A stretch of 64,000 nt of DNA from Cycas panzhihuaensis (taxonomy: Eukaryota > Plantae > Cycadophyta). The notes below the pieces were generated by a model. That model did not search any database. It was not told the DNA's origin and worked only from the letters and a program-made list of their open reading frames with translations. The stretch is taken from NCBI GenBank assembly GCA_023213395.1, contig CM041465.1, forward strand, positions 208,513,741 to 208,577,740, in the 5' to 3' direction. Position numbers and translations under genes: made by a program. Positions within the stretch are counted from its first letter, which is position 1. Every line of letters starts with the position of its first letter. Below, piece after piece: positions 1 through 16,728 of this stretch.

Positions 1-3000
1 AAAAGTCCATCTTAGATCTTTCTTCAGGTTTGATATTATTCCTTGTGATCAATAAATCATCAACATATAACACCGTAAAGGTTACACTGTTCTCATGAAC
101 CTTTATGTATAGGTTTGATGTAACGAACCGTTACACCCAAACCTCAAGGTGTTAGTGAACATCGTTCAGGTGTGTAACATTACCTTCTCCACAAGGTGTC
201 GATGTCTTGGCGACCCATTCTCGGTGACCCACTCTTGATAATTTCGCGCCCCATCGGTCCCTAGGTGAACATTACTATGTCGACATTCTACCAAGGTGCC
301 CTTCAAGAATAGAACCCATGACCTTGGCTCTGATACCATTTGTAACGAACTATTACACCAAAACTTCAAGGTGTTAGTGAAGATCGTCCAGGTGTGTAAC
401 ATTTGAGTTAGCTGGCAATCTTTCAAAACCAATTTTCAGAAAATACCTATCAATTTTCTTATGTCAAGCTCTAGGAGCTTGCTTCAAGCCACACAAAGCC
501 TTTTTCAACTAAACAACCATTGCCAAATCTTGATAGTAACCATCTTTGCTATTAGAGCAAAAGTTTCTTGGTAGTCAATCCCTTTCTTTTGATTAAAGCC
601 TTTGACTACTAGTCGAGCTTTCTGCTTGTCGATTATGGCATCAAATTTGTATTTGGTCTTATAGACGCATTTGCATCTGATTGCCTACTTCCTTATTGAT
701 AATTCCACCAAGTCTCAAGTGTAATTTTACTTCATTACTTGGATTTCTGTGTCCATAGCAACATTCTACTTTTTCTCTTTACTTGCCTCGTCAAAAGTGG
801 AAGGCGCATCAACATGCAACACCTATGCCATGAGACCATAGTTGACCTATTTAGAAGGTCTCATCTTGGACTTTTTCTTACGTTCTATATTTGATAACTA
901 ATTTTGAACTTCACTGATGGTTTTCAAGTCCCATTTGGGCAACTTTTTCTCATGGAGGAGGAGGAGCAACTTCAAGCTCAAGCTCCTTAAACTAGAATGA
1001 TTCTATCTCTACCAGATCATTAACTTCAAGCTCATCAGCCTCATCTATAGGTTCTGCCTCAGGTATTGCAATATAGCACAATGAATTAAATTCAGGTTAT
1101 TCCTTGACCTATTGCTTGGCATTAAAATCTTCCTTGTCATTTTCTTCAAAGATGACATCACGAGTTGTTTGCACCTTTTTGGTTTGCAACTCAAAAGTTT
1201 GCTAAACTTTACTCTATTTAGAATATCCAACCAGAACACTCTTGGAACTTTTATCATAAAATTTTTGCCTCTTGTCCTTGGGGTATGCATATACGCAATG
1301 CACCCAAATACTCTAAGACGGTTCACAATCGATCTCCTATATGACCAAGGCTCCTCGAGTGTTATATTTCAAACTGCCTTTGTAGGACATTTGTTGTGTA
1401 GATATGCTGCAACATCCATTGCTTTTGCCCACAAATATTCTGCAACATCTTTCCCTTTCATCATAGACTTAGCTTTTTCAACTAATGTCCTATTCATGCA
1501 TTTAGCCACTCCATTCTATTGTTGTGTGTAGGCAACTGAGAACTACCTCATGATGCCATAATCTTCACAGAATTGATTGAATTCATTAGATGTGAACTCG
1601 CTTCCATTATTAGTGTAAAGAATTTTTATCTAGTGCCTTGATTCATTATCTGCCAACTTCTTAAATTGTTTAAAAATAGTGAAGATATGTGGCTTCTCCT
1701 TTAAGGGATACACTAAAACCTTCTTAGAAAAATCATCAATAAATGGCAAGAAACACTTGGCTTCACCAAGTGATGTTGTTAGCACTGGCCTATAGATCTT
1801 AAAGTGAACCAACCCGAGTTTCTCCTTTGTTCTCTAGGAAATGGTTCACTATGTTGCTTACCTATAATACAAGCACAAGCAGTTTTTAAGCTTGATTTAA
1901 GGCAAGCCATATACTATATTTAATTTATGTATCAATTGAAGACTTGTGTAGTTCAAATGTGCCATATGTTCATGACATAATTTTTGTTTTGAAGATACAA
2001 TAGTGAAGGCTTTCAAAACTTTAGATTTACCATTTGGTTTGTACAAATCATCTTCTCAAGGACCTGTTTCTACAACATTTTTATTGTTGTTTATGATAAT
2101 ACATTTACCATGTTCAAACAAAACACTTACATTTTGCTACTCCACTTGTGATACAGAGATACGATTTGCGTTAAGGCTAGGTACATAGAGAACATCATTA
2201 AGATAACACTTTTCACCACTCAATGAATAAATGGGAACTCCATCAGCCCCCTAAACTTTCAATTCAATATCATCTCCAATAGTGATTATTTGTCCTTTTG
2301 CCTCCCACATGGATCAGAACCATTCCAATCTATCCATAATGTGTCTAGTTACATCAGATCAGTATACCAAACATTATGTGCATTACTCTTTATCTTGTAT
2401 ATTGCAATAAAGAGTCTCTTCCCTCTCTCATCTCCTCCAAACAAATGACTATTAGAAATGTGACCCCATTGCCTTGATTGCTTTTGTTGTTACTATTGTG
2501 GTTGCCTCTGCTATTATGGTTGCTACCTTTGTAGCTATTGTTGTTGTTGCAACTCCCAACAATCCTTCCTTAGATGCCCTTGCTTATTGCAGTGCCAAAA
2601 CTTTAGTCTTTGCACTTTAGAACTTCTAGACCCCTCTTGTTGAACATTATGTTTAGAGGATGCAGTACTTCTCTTAGAGACAAATGGTTTTTTACCATTT
2701 GCTTTGGCTACTAGCTCTCCAAATGACTCCCCACTATGGTCCTTCAACCTTTGCTTATGTTGAAACAATTGTGGCTCTAAAGCATTGAATGATAAAGCGG
2801 ACAACTTATCAGCTAAGGCAAGAGTAGCAATGAAATTCTCATATGACTATGGTAGGCCTCTTAAGACTAAAGCGATAAGTTTTGAGTCAGTTACTGTCTT
2901 TCCAATGGTGGTTAACTGGTCTTTGATTGATTTGCCCTTCTAGAGATGATCTATCATTGGCCCTCTAAGCTTTATGGTGTAAAGCTAGTTTTGCAGCGCT

Positions 3001-3360
3001 AACACCCTAGCATCATCTTTGTGTTCATACATGGATGTAATTGCATCCCTGGCTTGTTTAAAGGTGGCAACTTTTTTGACATTTATAATCAAACTTCCTT
3101 TAATAGATAGATTGGTAAACCCTAGGGCGATCCACATTTTGGCATCAAATTCTACCTTTTAATTAGGATCTTTCATTTTGGCCTCAAACTTGGCCTTATG
3201 GGCAACATCATATGGATCTCCCTTGACAGATTCATCCATATACTTCCACAATTCAGTTATACACAAAAAACCAGTCATGTGATGCTTTTATGCAATGCAA
3301 TTTTTGGCACTGATCAGCCTCTCAGCTACAAAACCCATTATTCCACTTCCACTTACCATT
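1..3360 (-). mobile_element. Degenerate Ty1/copia gag-pol remnant, runs off the window start; interrupted by the TRIM at 119-401
   Basis: Minus-strand RT motif VLYVDDLLIT near 45-75; integrase fragments (ORF 1630-1812 FLPFIDDFSKKVLVYPLKEK; ORF 1045-1326 LRVFGCIAYMH); Gag zinc knuckle WHCNKQGHLRKDC (ORF 2535-2804). Order gag-PR-INT-RT is copia. Many stops and frameshifts. Confidence 0.92.
119..401 (-). mobile_element. Miniature TRIM, 283 bp with 61-bp LTRs
   Basis: Direct repeats 119-179 and 341-401 (TG..CA, 6 mismatches by eye); PBS TGGTATCAGAGCC (tRNAiMet) on minus at 326-338; PPT GGAGAAGGTAA on minus at 180-190; TSD TTTGA at 114-118 and 402-406. Confidence 0.95.
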
Positions 3361-4256
3361 TTTCAAAGAAATAAGACACAAAATAAACAACAAACACACA
3401 CAAAAGCACACCTATGAGCTTAAAAACAATGCTGTTACACAACACAAAATCTTATTTTATTGATTTTTGCAAACCAGTTTCTTAGTCATTATGCATAGTG
3501 CCAAAATTCACTAAAACCTCCTTGGTCTACACAAGTAGCTAGAGTTATCTACTCAAAATATTTAAATATGAATTTTACATTACAAGTTGCATGCCTTGGC
3601 CCATGTGACAATCACAAAATGAAAGAGTGTTATATTCTGAATGGGTTGATGTTTTCAAAAATTAATTCCAACTAAAAAATAAACACTAAAAACATCATCA
3701 ACACTTTTTCTAGCTAGGCTAAGTGAAACAGGGGCTAAAGTGGTTTGTGAACTACTCGGATTTAAAAAATTTATACAATCTAGTTTGATTAAAATCAAAC
3801 TATAGAAAATTAAAATTTTTTGAAAAAGGACCTACTTGTGTCTACGATTCCAAATTCGAATATGCATTGCTCATATTTGATTTTTGTTGTCAAATCGGTG
3901 TTTAAGTTTGAAGGAATTCCTCCTCAATGGCTTTTGCAACCTTTCACACTCATGTCTAGAATTTGCATATAAGGGGCAACTCAAATTTGTGAATTTTGTC
4001 CATTATGCGTGGTCGTCTCTATCGTTGAATCTTTGCCAAAGGATTTGAAAGGGTGACACTTAATTTGAATCATTCCCACTCGAACCTCAACCTATCATCA
4101 TGCTTGCAGGAGTCCACAAGTCGACGTCTTAACTCAACCTACCATCGCTCAACTGAATGGTCACCAAGACAATTAGGTTCAAGTAATAGGGGTCGAAGTC
4201 CTATCTACTAGTCATTGCCAAGAAAAAGGTAAACCTCTATCATCCACTGTTGTAGC

Positions 4257-8377
<4,121 letters not shown>

Positions 8378-11300
8378 GTAGCAAAATTCACTCCTCAACA
8401 AAATTGGAGCCAGTCCCTCGATAGTCCTTTAAAGTGTCTCCTGCTTTTTCTTACATGTGGATGCCTTCTCTTCTAAGTGGGACAACCATGGATTTTCCAT
8501 AGCAAGCGGCTGCTTTCTTAGTCTCTCTCCAAATTTTTTTTTCCTAGGAGAAACTAATCCTTGCAAAGATGTTATGTTACATTTTTTTTTTTTGACGGGT
8601 AAAATCCTCATGAAATGGAGTTGACTCTTCAACATAAGGTGCTATAGGATAGGGGGAACTATTCTGCCAAAATCGCCTAGGACTTGCACCTAGCCCCACC
8701 CACTTCAGAGAAATTGACAACACACAACTTCACGCCCTCTAAAAGCATGAGTAGAAACACAAGGCTAAATAACATAATATTAATGCACACAAAGTCTAAA
8801 AATACTAGCACACTAATACATTAAGTCATAGCCATTATGAACTCCATGAAATCTTGTGCAACATATTTGCATGCATGCCCAACGCCGTTAGACATGCCTC
8901 AGATCTTCATTCTCCCTTCCACATGCCACACCACTAGCACCCAATTTTGAAACAATTCATATAACTTAACCACCAAAAACTCTTGAAACTTGTGATTGAT
9001 GCTGTTAACACTTCTGCAGAGCCCAAGTAATGCATAGGCCTTAAAGTGCTGAAAACCATTCTTAATTAACTGCTAGGCAAAAGGAACCATATGCCATGCA
9101 ATGCCCTAACATTGTTCCCTCCTTCATCATTAGATCCATAGCAACACTCCTTGCATTCCCATAATACCCATGTGCATTAAAGATGCCAAAACAATCCAAG
9201 CCATTAACCATTGCTCCATCCTTCCATTAGGAAATAGAGAGATCATAGCTAACGTATAACAAGATGGATGCTCCCCGCCCAACATCTCAACCACATTAAG
9301 CTGTCCAAGGTCACACAACCTAACACTCGCGGCATCCCTTATGTAAACAGACCCCTGAAGCTAACCAACAGCCCAAAATATCTCCTATCGGAATCCACAC
9401 CTACACCTCCAGAGAAGGGCCTAGATCCTCATGTGACCATTGGACTTTGTAAGCTATGCACACACACGAAGACCCCAGCAAAGAAAAAGACCACAATGAT
9501 TCCTGATCTTCTTCAACTCTCCCGATCATTTCTGAGTATTACCCATACCACTAGGAATAACGACCAACCTTGAGATTTTTCTGTCTATTTAGGAACCAAA
9601 CAGGAAACTTGGAATGTTGTGGAATTCCAAAGACGAGACTCGCCATCTCTCTTGTTCAACACTTCGGATTGGTTGCACTTTATCAAGCTTTGTAGGAAAT
9701 AAACCAATAAAATGCTCTGGGTCCTCTATCCATCTAGATATAAACATTGCCTTCAAATGTATAGCCGTAGCTCATCCATCTCACATCGCGTAAAGAGACT
9801 GAATCTGTATTAATGTCGATCAACCAAGATAGGAAAAGTGGATCGCACTCCGTCAAGCCACAGATTTGGTTGCCACGGGAATGCTTCGTTGATGGAAGGA
9901 TCAACTCTTATAGAATCTCCCTTGCAATGGATGGAGACAAAATTGCCAGAGTGTTCTTCGAGCCAAATCCAAGTCGCAAAGACAACCCACATTCTTGCTT
10001 CAACAACAAAAAATAATTTGAGTAATTCGATGCATTGTGGGCCCTTCTGGTGGAAACCTCCTTACGAGTTAGGCAAGTCAATCGACACGACAACCTACGC
10101 TTATTATCATTGGGACAAATAAAAGGGTCGGTTGAATGGCCTACACTTATTATCGTTGAGACAAATAAAATGGTTCGTCGACCCAAACTGGGTCTTGGAT
10201 TGGCCCATCCACCCATTTGCTTAATCACCATCTGCCCTGAAGCCATGAAGGATACGAGAGACTGCCCATTACAGAGCAAGGTCAATAATCCACAAAGGCA
10301 CCACCTCAACACTCCAATCAAGGATATAAGGAGCAGGCAAGGGTCAGGCAACCATACTTGGGACCGACATCATCGAAGACTCATAACCTACAACCCACCA
10401 TACACCTGGCAGCAATTGCCAGAAGTACTCTTAGATTCCACAAGACCCACAACATCCCCATCAAAGAACTCAGCGGCCACCCTAAAGGCAGGTAAAAGCT
10501 CATCAAACTATAGCGTGTAATTGCACTATCCAAAGTTGGTAAACAAGTAGCTACATGCAACTTTGCATCACCATGTTCTATATTCAGCCTCTAATCACAA
10601 CTTTGCCATACATCAACTTTACTCCAGAATTAACCATGTCGTCTAGTTAAGGATTGTAGCTTCTCAGGATGTGGTGGAAATCAATACTTTGGAATCTTTG
10701 AACAAGACCAATTACCTCCTTGTAGTGCACTTTCAAATGTAGTCTTTTAGGCTCGTCTTTTTTTAGCAACTTTAATAACTACTTTGGAGTCGCCCATTAC
10801 TATCAGATGATCCAGGTTGGCATTGGAAGCAATCACCAAGCCTCTAACTAAAGCCATAAATTTTGCTTCATTATTAGTTGTCGAGCCAACCCCTTCTACA
10901 TATTCAATCAACACTTTTTCCTCATCATCACAAATGACTCCCCCAAATGTAGTGCAATCGGGATTATTTTTGGAGTGCCATTAAAGAATGGGTGGTGATG
11001 ATTTTTTTTCCAAATGGGCCAATGTTCGACCTGCTTATTGTTCACCCCCTCACCTTTTTCACTAATTTGCAAAAGGTTCAACATTGTATATTTTTCGATT
11101 ATTGACACCTTCATCTTCTTGATTGCCAAGTGGTAGGCAACAACAACCTCCCTCATAACCTGAATTGAGTGTTGCCAACACCTACCAATTGATCTAGTTT
11201 TCTCAAAGAAAATTGATTCATTTCGAGCTAGCTAGATACACCAACAGATCACTCGAGGAAGAAGGGACCACGCTTTCTAGAGTGTAGAGCCCCTTTTATG

Positions 11301-12635
11301 CGGGCACTTGCTGGCCTAACTAGGGCCAAATAAGTCCAATGTCTAAAGCTCAGAAGCTTGAACCACAAATGTATTCATATTCCTCCTTCCTTCGTTCCAC
11401 ACTGCCTGCAAGTAGGGACACTTCATGAAAAGATGGTCGATGCTTTTAGACTCTATTTTACAAAGCATGCATTTGGAGGGCCCCATAATACCCCTTTTGC
11501 ATAGATTTTCGGAGGTTAATATTGCTCTATGCATAACAAGCCAGACGAAACAATTGATTTTAGGGAGCAATAGAAGACCCTAGGTTTGGTTCCACTTCAT
11601 GGAGGAAGAAGAAGACATTTGTAGGGTCGTCACTCTATAAGCTTCCTTTACAGTGAAAACACCACTCTAAAAGAAAGAAGCCCACATGGTCTCATCCTTA
11701 CCATCACTTATTTTGATTTTACAGTTGGCTACTAACTGCCTAAATAGCACATATTCAGGGTGGAGGGTAAAAGGGAGGTTTGGAAAATCACCTATTTCTT
11801 TGATGACCCAAGAGCTAACTTGGGGGTAATCTCTCTTGAAATACTTGAACACCTCATCAATCTCATGGGACAAGAAGAAAACATTTAGTCTTGCAACAGT
11901 TGTGTTGCAGGTTAGTGGTGGGAACCTGTGTATTGGATTCATCCACATATTGGCCTTTGTCCCATTGTTGATTCTCCGTGACATTCTAGACTAGATCAAA
12001 TCTAGATTGGCGCAAATCTTTTTCCAGATTGGGGATCTTGCTTTGCTTAATGTAGTGATATGGTTCTACTTTTATAGCAGTTTTCCTCAAAAACACAAAT
12101 AATAATCCACAGAAAGGCAATAACTAGATGCTTTCAATAGAAAATTGAACAAGGAATAGAAATTACAGAATCCATAGAAGTAAACAATAATCTTTATTAT
12201 CAAATAATACTAAAAATAGAGTGAAATTACATCAAAATACCAGTCTTTCCTGAAGAAGTGAGCTTCCCTCTTCGAGGCGAGGAACCCTCCAAACTGCAGT
12301 CCCCAAATGGGTGAGCTAATTGCAGCCCTAGAACCGAAAATACGCAGCCAAAAGAACCTTTGACGATGGTTTGGGATGTGGCCCAAACTTCCTATATATA
12401 GTGATCAAAATACTTCAATTAGAAGCCCGCTAGACTGAGTGATATTATCCTTAATACTATTTAAATAGAAGTCGGCTAGAACTTCTCCAAAACTGGCAGG
12501 CTACCTTTAAATGGTCATAACTTTTGTTAGAGATGTTAGAATTGACTCTCATCTGAACTGTTGGAATCCTCGTTCAGAGGCCTTCAATTTGAATGGTTAC
12601 ATGGCATAGTTTTGACTAGATTTTGGAATGCTACA

Positions 12636-14380
12636 ATTCCCCTCCCCTTAAAATAATACTTCGCCCTCGAAGTATTGAGAAATGCTTGTAGCTCGATCTA
12701 ATCTTCCAACCACCTCCTGCTAGATCTTGTAGGTCATAAAGATTTGGTTTGATCTTGTGTCTTCTATGGAGCTTTACTAGCAGGCATCTTGAATTTGCCA
12801 ATGTTTGTTCCTGTGACCAGGTACATGCTGTATCTTGTTTTGCATCAGGAGGATCCTGGGACTTGTGATGTGTCTCAACTGTCTTGTCCCTGTTTTGCCT
12901 TGTGTTTGCACATTTGGTTTTCAAATGAAATGGTTTATAGAAGGTGAAGTGAGGATTTTGTAAAAAGAATTGATCATAAGGGTCATGGACCGGCGATTGC
13001 TTATTGAGAAAAGAAAAAGAAAAGGAGGAATTGTGAATTGAGATCAAGCATAGCTTTGAAGGTATAGGAAGAAAGGATAAATTTTGGAATATGCCCTGGA
13101 TGGGGATGATAATTTGTGTAGGTTTTGTTGGACCACAATCCTTTCTGGGAGAGAAGGATGGATGGGGAATCAACGATAGATGTTCTTTATGAAAAGAAGG
13201 CTTTAATAGGTTTTTAGGAATGATATTTAGACGAAAGAAAAGATTTAACGGAAAAAACAATATTGACGATATGAAATTAAAGGGGTTTAGGAAAGGTCGA
13301 ATGGGGTTTTGTAAGGAGTAATACTAAGAGATGAAACGTGATGAACAGATTGAAGTTGTAGAGTATCCTATTGAGGATGATTTATGGGGGGTGAAAAAGT
13401 ATGTAAATAAAGGGATGAACTAGGGTTACAAAGAGGGATTGGGATTTGACCTACGAAAAAACTAGAGTTAAGGAGATTATGATTATGGCTAAGTACAAGA
13501 TTTGGAAAAGAAAATTTTGCTACAACTACTAAGCGAGGAAAAGAGAGAGGACAAATGATGCTACCAAAAGAGATGTGCATGTGCAACATAGGATTAATGA
13601 GTACCTTGCATGAAGTTTTTTGTGATTCTTCTTCAAAATCAACTTGTTCTTCCTTGTCTTCGTGATGCCCCTGTATAACTTCACTTTGGATTTCTTTTCT
13701 GATATTGACTTGAGATTCTTCTATCTCTCGAGCTTGCTTCAAATCTTCTATGTAGTCATCTTGTTCCCTTTGGATTGGTTCTTGTTTTAGCTCTTGCAAA
13801 ATCTTTGCTTCTTCTCCTTCTACTTACCGCCTTCGTCTGGTTGCTTTGATGCTTTGGTACCCTCACCTTGCTCGTGGGTCTGATGGTCTTTTTGTTGTTG
13901 TCCAAATGTTTTGATAAATGCATGTCAAAACCAAAACCAATCGGTGTATCCTATTGATTGGTTGGACCAATTATTGAACCAATCCGAAGCCTTTTCTCCC
14001 AAGAACAATTCTAAGTCTGCCCAATAATCATCAATTTTTGTACTCCCTGTGAATTGATTTTGAGCTTCAACCCATTCTACCCATTCTCTTGCATCGATGC
14101 CTTCATTGGGCTCAAAAAGGTCAAACATCTTTTTTTGTCTAAAAATACTGCTCTCAACTGTCTTTTTGTCAATAAAGACTGTGACTTCAATGATAAAAAT
14201 CTATATTCTCTGCTAGTTAAAACCATCACATATGACTACTTGCTATGAACGTCTCCTTTGCGAAAGAGCACCTCTTCTTATTTGCAAACAATTGTGCTTT
14301 ATCAAGAATGAGCAGAACTACCTCTATATGTTCCAAGTGTTCCTTGCCCTTTCCCTTCAAAACGAAACTCTAATACCACT
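12636..14380 (-). pseudogene. Second internal domain of the composite: decayed Gag-like fragment, Glu-rich and Phe/Pro-rich segments, gypsy-type 3' end
   Basis: ORF 13925-14128 (DAREWVEWVE..LELFLGEKASDWF) resembles a Gag capsid N-terminus; ORF 13368-13799 begins E/Q-rich; the end TTCGAGGGCGAAG..AAGGGGAGGGGAAT parallels the FEGKACFEGEG terminus of the first unit. Confidence 0.6.
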
Positions 14381-14802
14381 TGTAGCGATCTAGTTCTACT
14401 TTTACAACAATTTTCAAAAATAGAGAAAAATTACAACAAAATACCAATCTTTCTTAAAGAAGTGAGCTTCCCTCTTCAAGGCGAGGAACTCTCCAAACTG
14501 TAGCCCCCAAATGGGCGAGCTAATTGCAACCCTAGAACTAAAACTGTGCAACCAAAAGAACCTCCAAATGATGGTTTGGGATGCGGCCCAAACTTCCTAT
14601 ATATAGTGATCAAAATACTTTAATTAGAAGTCGTCCAGACTGGGTGACATTATCCTTAATACTGCTCAAATAGAAGTCAGCTAGAACTTCTCCAAAAACT
14701 GGCAGGCTAACTTTAAACGATCATAACTTTTGATGCAGATGTCAGAATTGACTTTCGTCTAAACCGTTGGAATCCTTGTTTAGAGGCCTTCGATTTGAAT
14801 GG

Positions 14803-16728
14803 TTACATGGCATAGTTTTGACTAGAGTTTTGGAGTGTTATAAGTCCCTCTCCTTCAAAACATGCTTTGCCCTCAAAGCATTGGTAAGGGCCTATTTTTC
14901 TACATCTATTCTTCAAACTCCTACGTTGCATCTTTATCTCCAATGTCTTCCATTTGATGAGATATTCTTTCACTATCTTGGATTGCAAATTCTTGTCCCT
15001 AGTCTTCAACATTCCCTCAGGTTCCACTATCATCATTCCTTCTTCATCTAGTGTTGGTAAATTCGTTTGTGGAGTCTCCCCTTCGCCTAACTTTTTCTTT
15101 AAACAAGACACATGGAAGATATTGCGGATTTTGCTTTTTGGTGGCAATTTTAACTGATCTATTACGTGTTCCAATTCCCTTTTCGGTGGCACTCCTTGGG
15201 GTTCTTCAAAAATTCCTTGATGTTCTTCTAAGATTGCCTGAATATCTAGAGGAATGTTTTTTATTTCTAGTTTGTAACATGACATTATGTACGCTTGTGG
15301 ATTCTTCTTTAGAATCTGTTCCATTCTGTGAGATGATATAAGCTGAACTGCAGGTGTGGCTGGGGCTTGCAGTTGATATTTGCGTCCTTTTTGTCGGAAA
15401 CACATAAATCTTGTCCTATAATTGGTAATGATGTTCCGTAGCGTTTGTAGCCATTGAATTCCCATAACTATGTCTACTCTGCCTATGGGCATAGCAAACA
15501 TACAAGTTGTGACCTTGTAATCGTTGACCTGGAGAGTTGTGTCTTTGCAGTATCCTCCACACAACGTTGTTCTCCCATGTGCTATTGACACCTGGAATGT
15601 GTTGAGGGGTTTCACTTGTAATCTCGTTTTTTCTGTCGATGCCTTGTTTATAAAATTTTGTGTACTCCCACTATCTACCAAGATTGATACTGGTCTCCTC
15701 TTGATTTGTCCTTGGAATCTTAGGGTTTGCAGGGATACTTGTTGCCCTGTAATGCCTTGCAAGGGTATTTGGACATTCCTTGTATCCACTTCGAGAAGTT
15801 CATCTGCCTCCCTTCCTACGCTTTGGTCTTCTACTTCTTCCTGTGCTGCTTCTGGTATTTCTACATCGTCATTATTGATCATGAAAACCTTCTTTGCTAG
15901 GCACCAGTGTTCCTTATTCCATTTCCCTCCACACTTGAAGCACATCCCTTTCTTTATGTTCTCCTCTTTTGTTGTTCCTGAGCTTCCTATCGTATTTCTT
16001 ATAGCTAATGGGGGGTTTTCTTTTGTTCCAAATTTGGCCCCATTAAGATTTTGGGTCTGATATGCTAGTGGCCCATATTTCCTTGTATATGTCGGTCTAC
16101 TATCTCTAAGTTCTGCCTCCACATTCCTTGCTATTTGAATTGCTACTTGGAGTTGTGGTGAATCTGCTGTTTTAACTCTAAATTTGATTTGATTTTTCAA
16201 TCCACTAATATAAGTCTCTAGTAAACATTCTTGTGGTGTCTTTTCTGAGACCATACATTGTAGTGTTTGGAACTGTTCTGTGTACTCTTGGATTATTCCT
16301 TCTTGATGTACTCGTGTTAACTGAGCATAGTAATCTGTATTCCAAGAATCGTCATATTGCTCTACTAATCTTGCTCTTAGATTCTCCCAGGTCTGTTGCA
16401 TTGGTAAGTTCATCTTTTTCCACCAGTAGCACCACCTTAATGCCCTTCCGTTTAAGTGTAAGGATGCTATTTCCATCTTTTCCTTAGATGTGGAGTTATA
16501 GACCTTGAAATAGTTTTCCATTTGTAAGACCCAATTAGTGATATTCTTAGATACTTCTGGATCAAAATTTTCCAAAGATAATTCTGCCCCTTTCCATCCA
16601 TTATCCATGTTGGGAGTTCTCCTTTCGTAAGCTCGTCCATCGAATCTCTTGGTCTCATTTCCTTGATTTTCTTGATCCATCTGATCTATCCCTGATGTAG
16701 TGTTATTATCCATTTCTCTACCTAACAC
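14803..16728 (-). CDS. Gag + aspartic protease fused in frame to integrase C-terminus/chromodomain; RT, RNase H and integrase core absent
   Basis: 641-aa open frame: Gag (ASLHLNGRALRW..LETYISGLK), CFKCGGKWNKEHWC knuckle-like motif, protease ILVDSGSTQNFI..DIVMGIQWL, then ..KRELEHVID|QLKLPPKSKIRNIFHVSCLKK..EPEGML..KEYLIKWK. Confidence 0.88.
   Translation of the reverse strand: MLGREMDNNTTSGIDQMDQENQGNETKRFDGRAYERRTPNMDNGWKGAELSLENFDPEVSKNITNWVLQMENYFKVYNSTSKEKMEIASLHLNGRALRWCYWWKKMNLPMQQTWENLRARLVEQYDDSWNTDYYAQLTRVHQEGIIQEYTEQFQTLQCMVSEKTPQECLLETYISGLKNQIKFRVKTADSPQLQVAIQIARNVEAELRDSRPTYTRKYGPLAYQTQNLNGAKFGTKENPPLAIRNTIGSSGTTKEENIKKGMCFKCGGKWNKEHWCLAKKVFMINNDDVEIPEAAQEEVEDQSVGREADELLEVDTRNVQIPLQGITGQQVSLQTLRFQGQIKRRPVSILVDSGSTQNFINKASTEKTRLQVKPLNTFQVSIAHGRTTLCGGYCKDTTLQVNDYKVTTCMFAMPIGRVDIVMGIQWLQTLRNIITNYRTRFMCFRQKGRKYQLQAPATPAVQLISSHRMEQILKKNPQAYIMSCYKLEIKNIPLDIQAILEEHQGIFEEPQGVPPKRELEHVIDQLKLPPKSKIRNIFHVSCLKKKLGEGETPQTNLPTLDEEGMMIVEPEGMLKTRDKNLQSKIVKEYLIKWKTLEIKMQRRSLKNRCRKIGPYQCFEGKACFEGEGLITLQNSSQNYAM

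Noticed and set aside
3400-4256. 5' LTR and PBS of the copia element
   Set aside because: Only a very decayed PBS-like string near 3418-3430, and no second LTR in the window for comparison.
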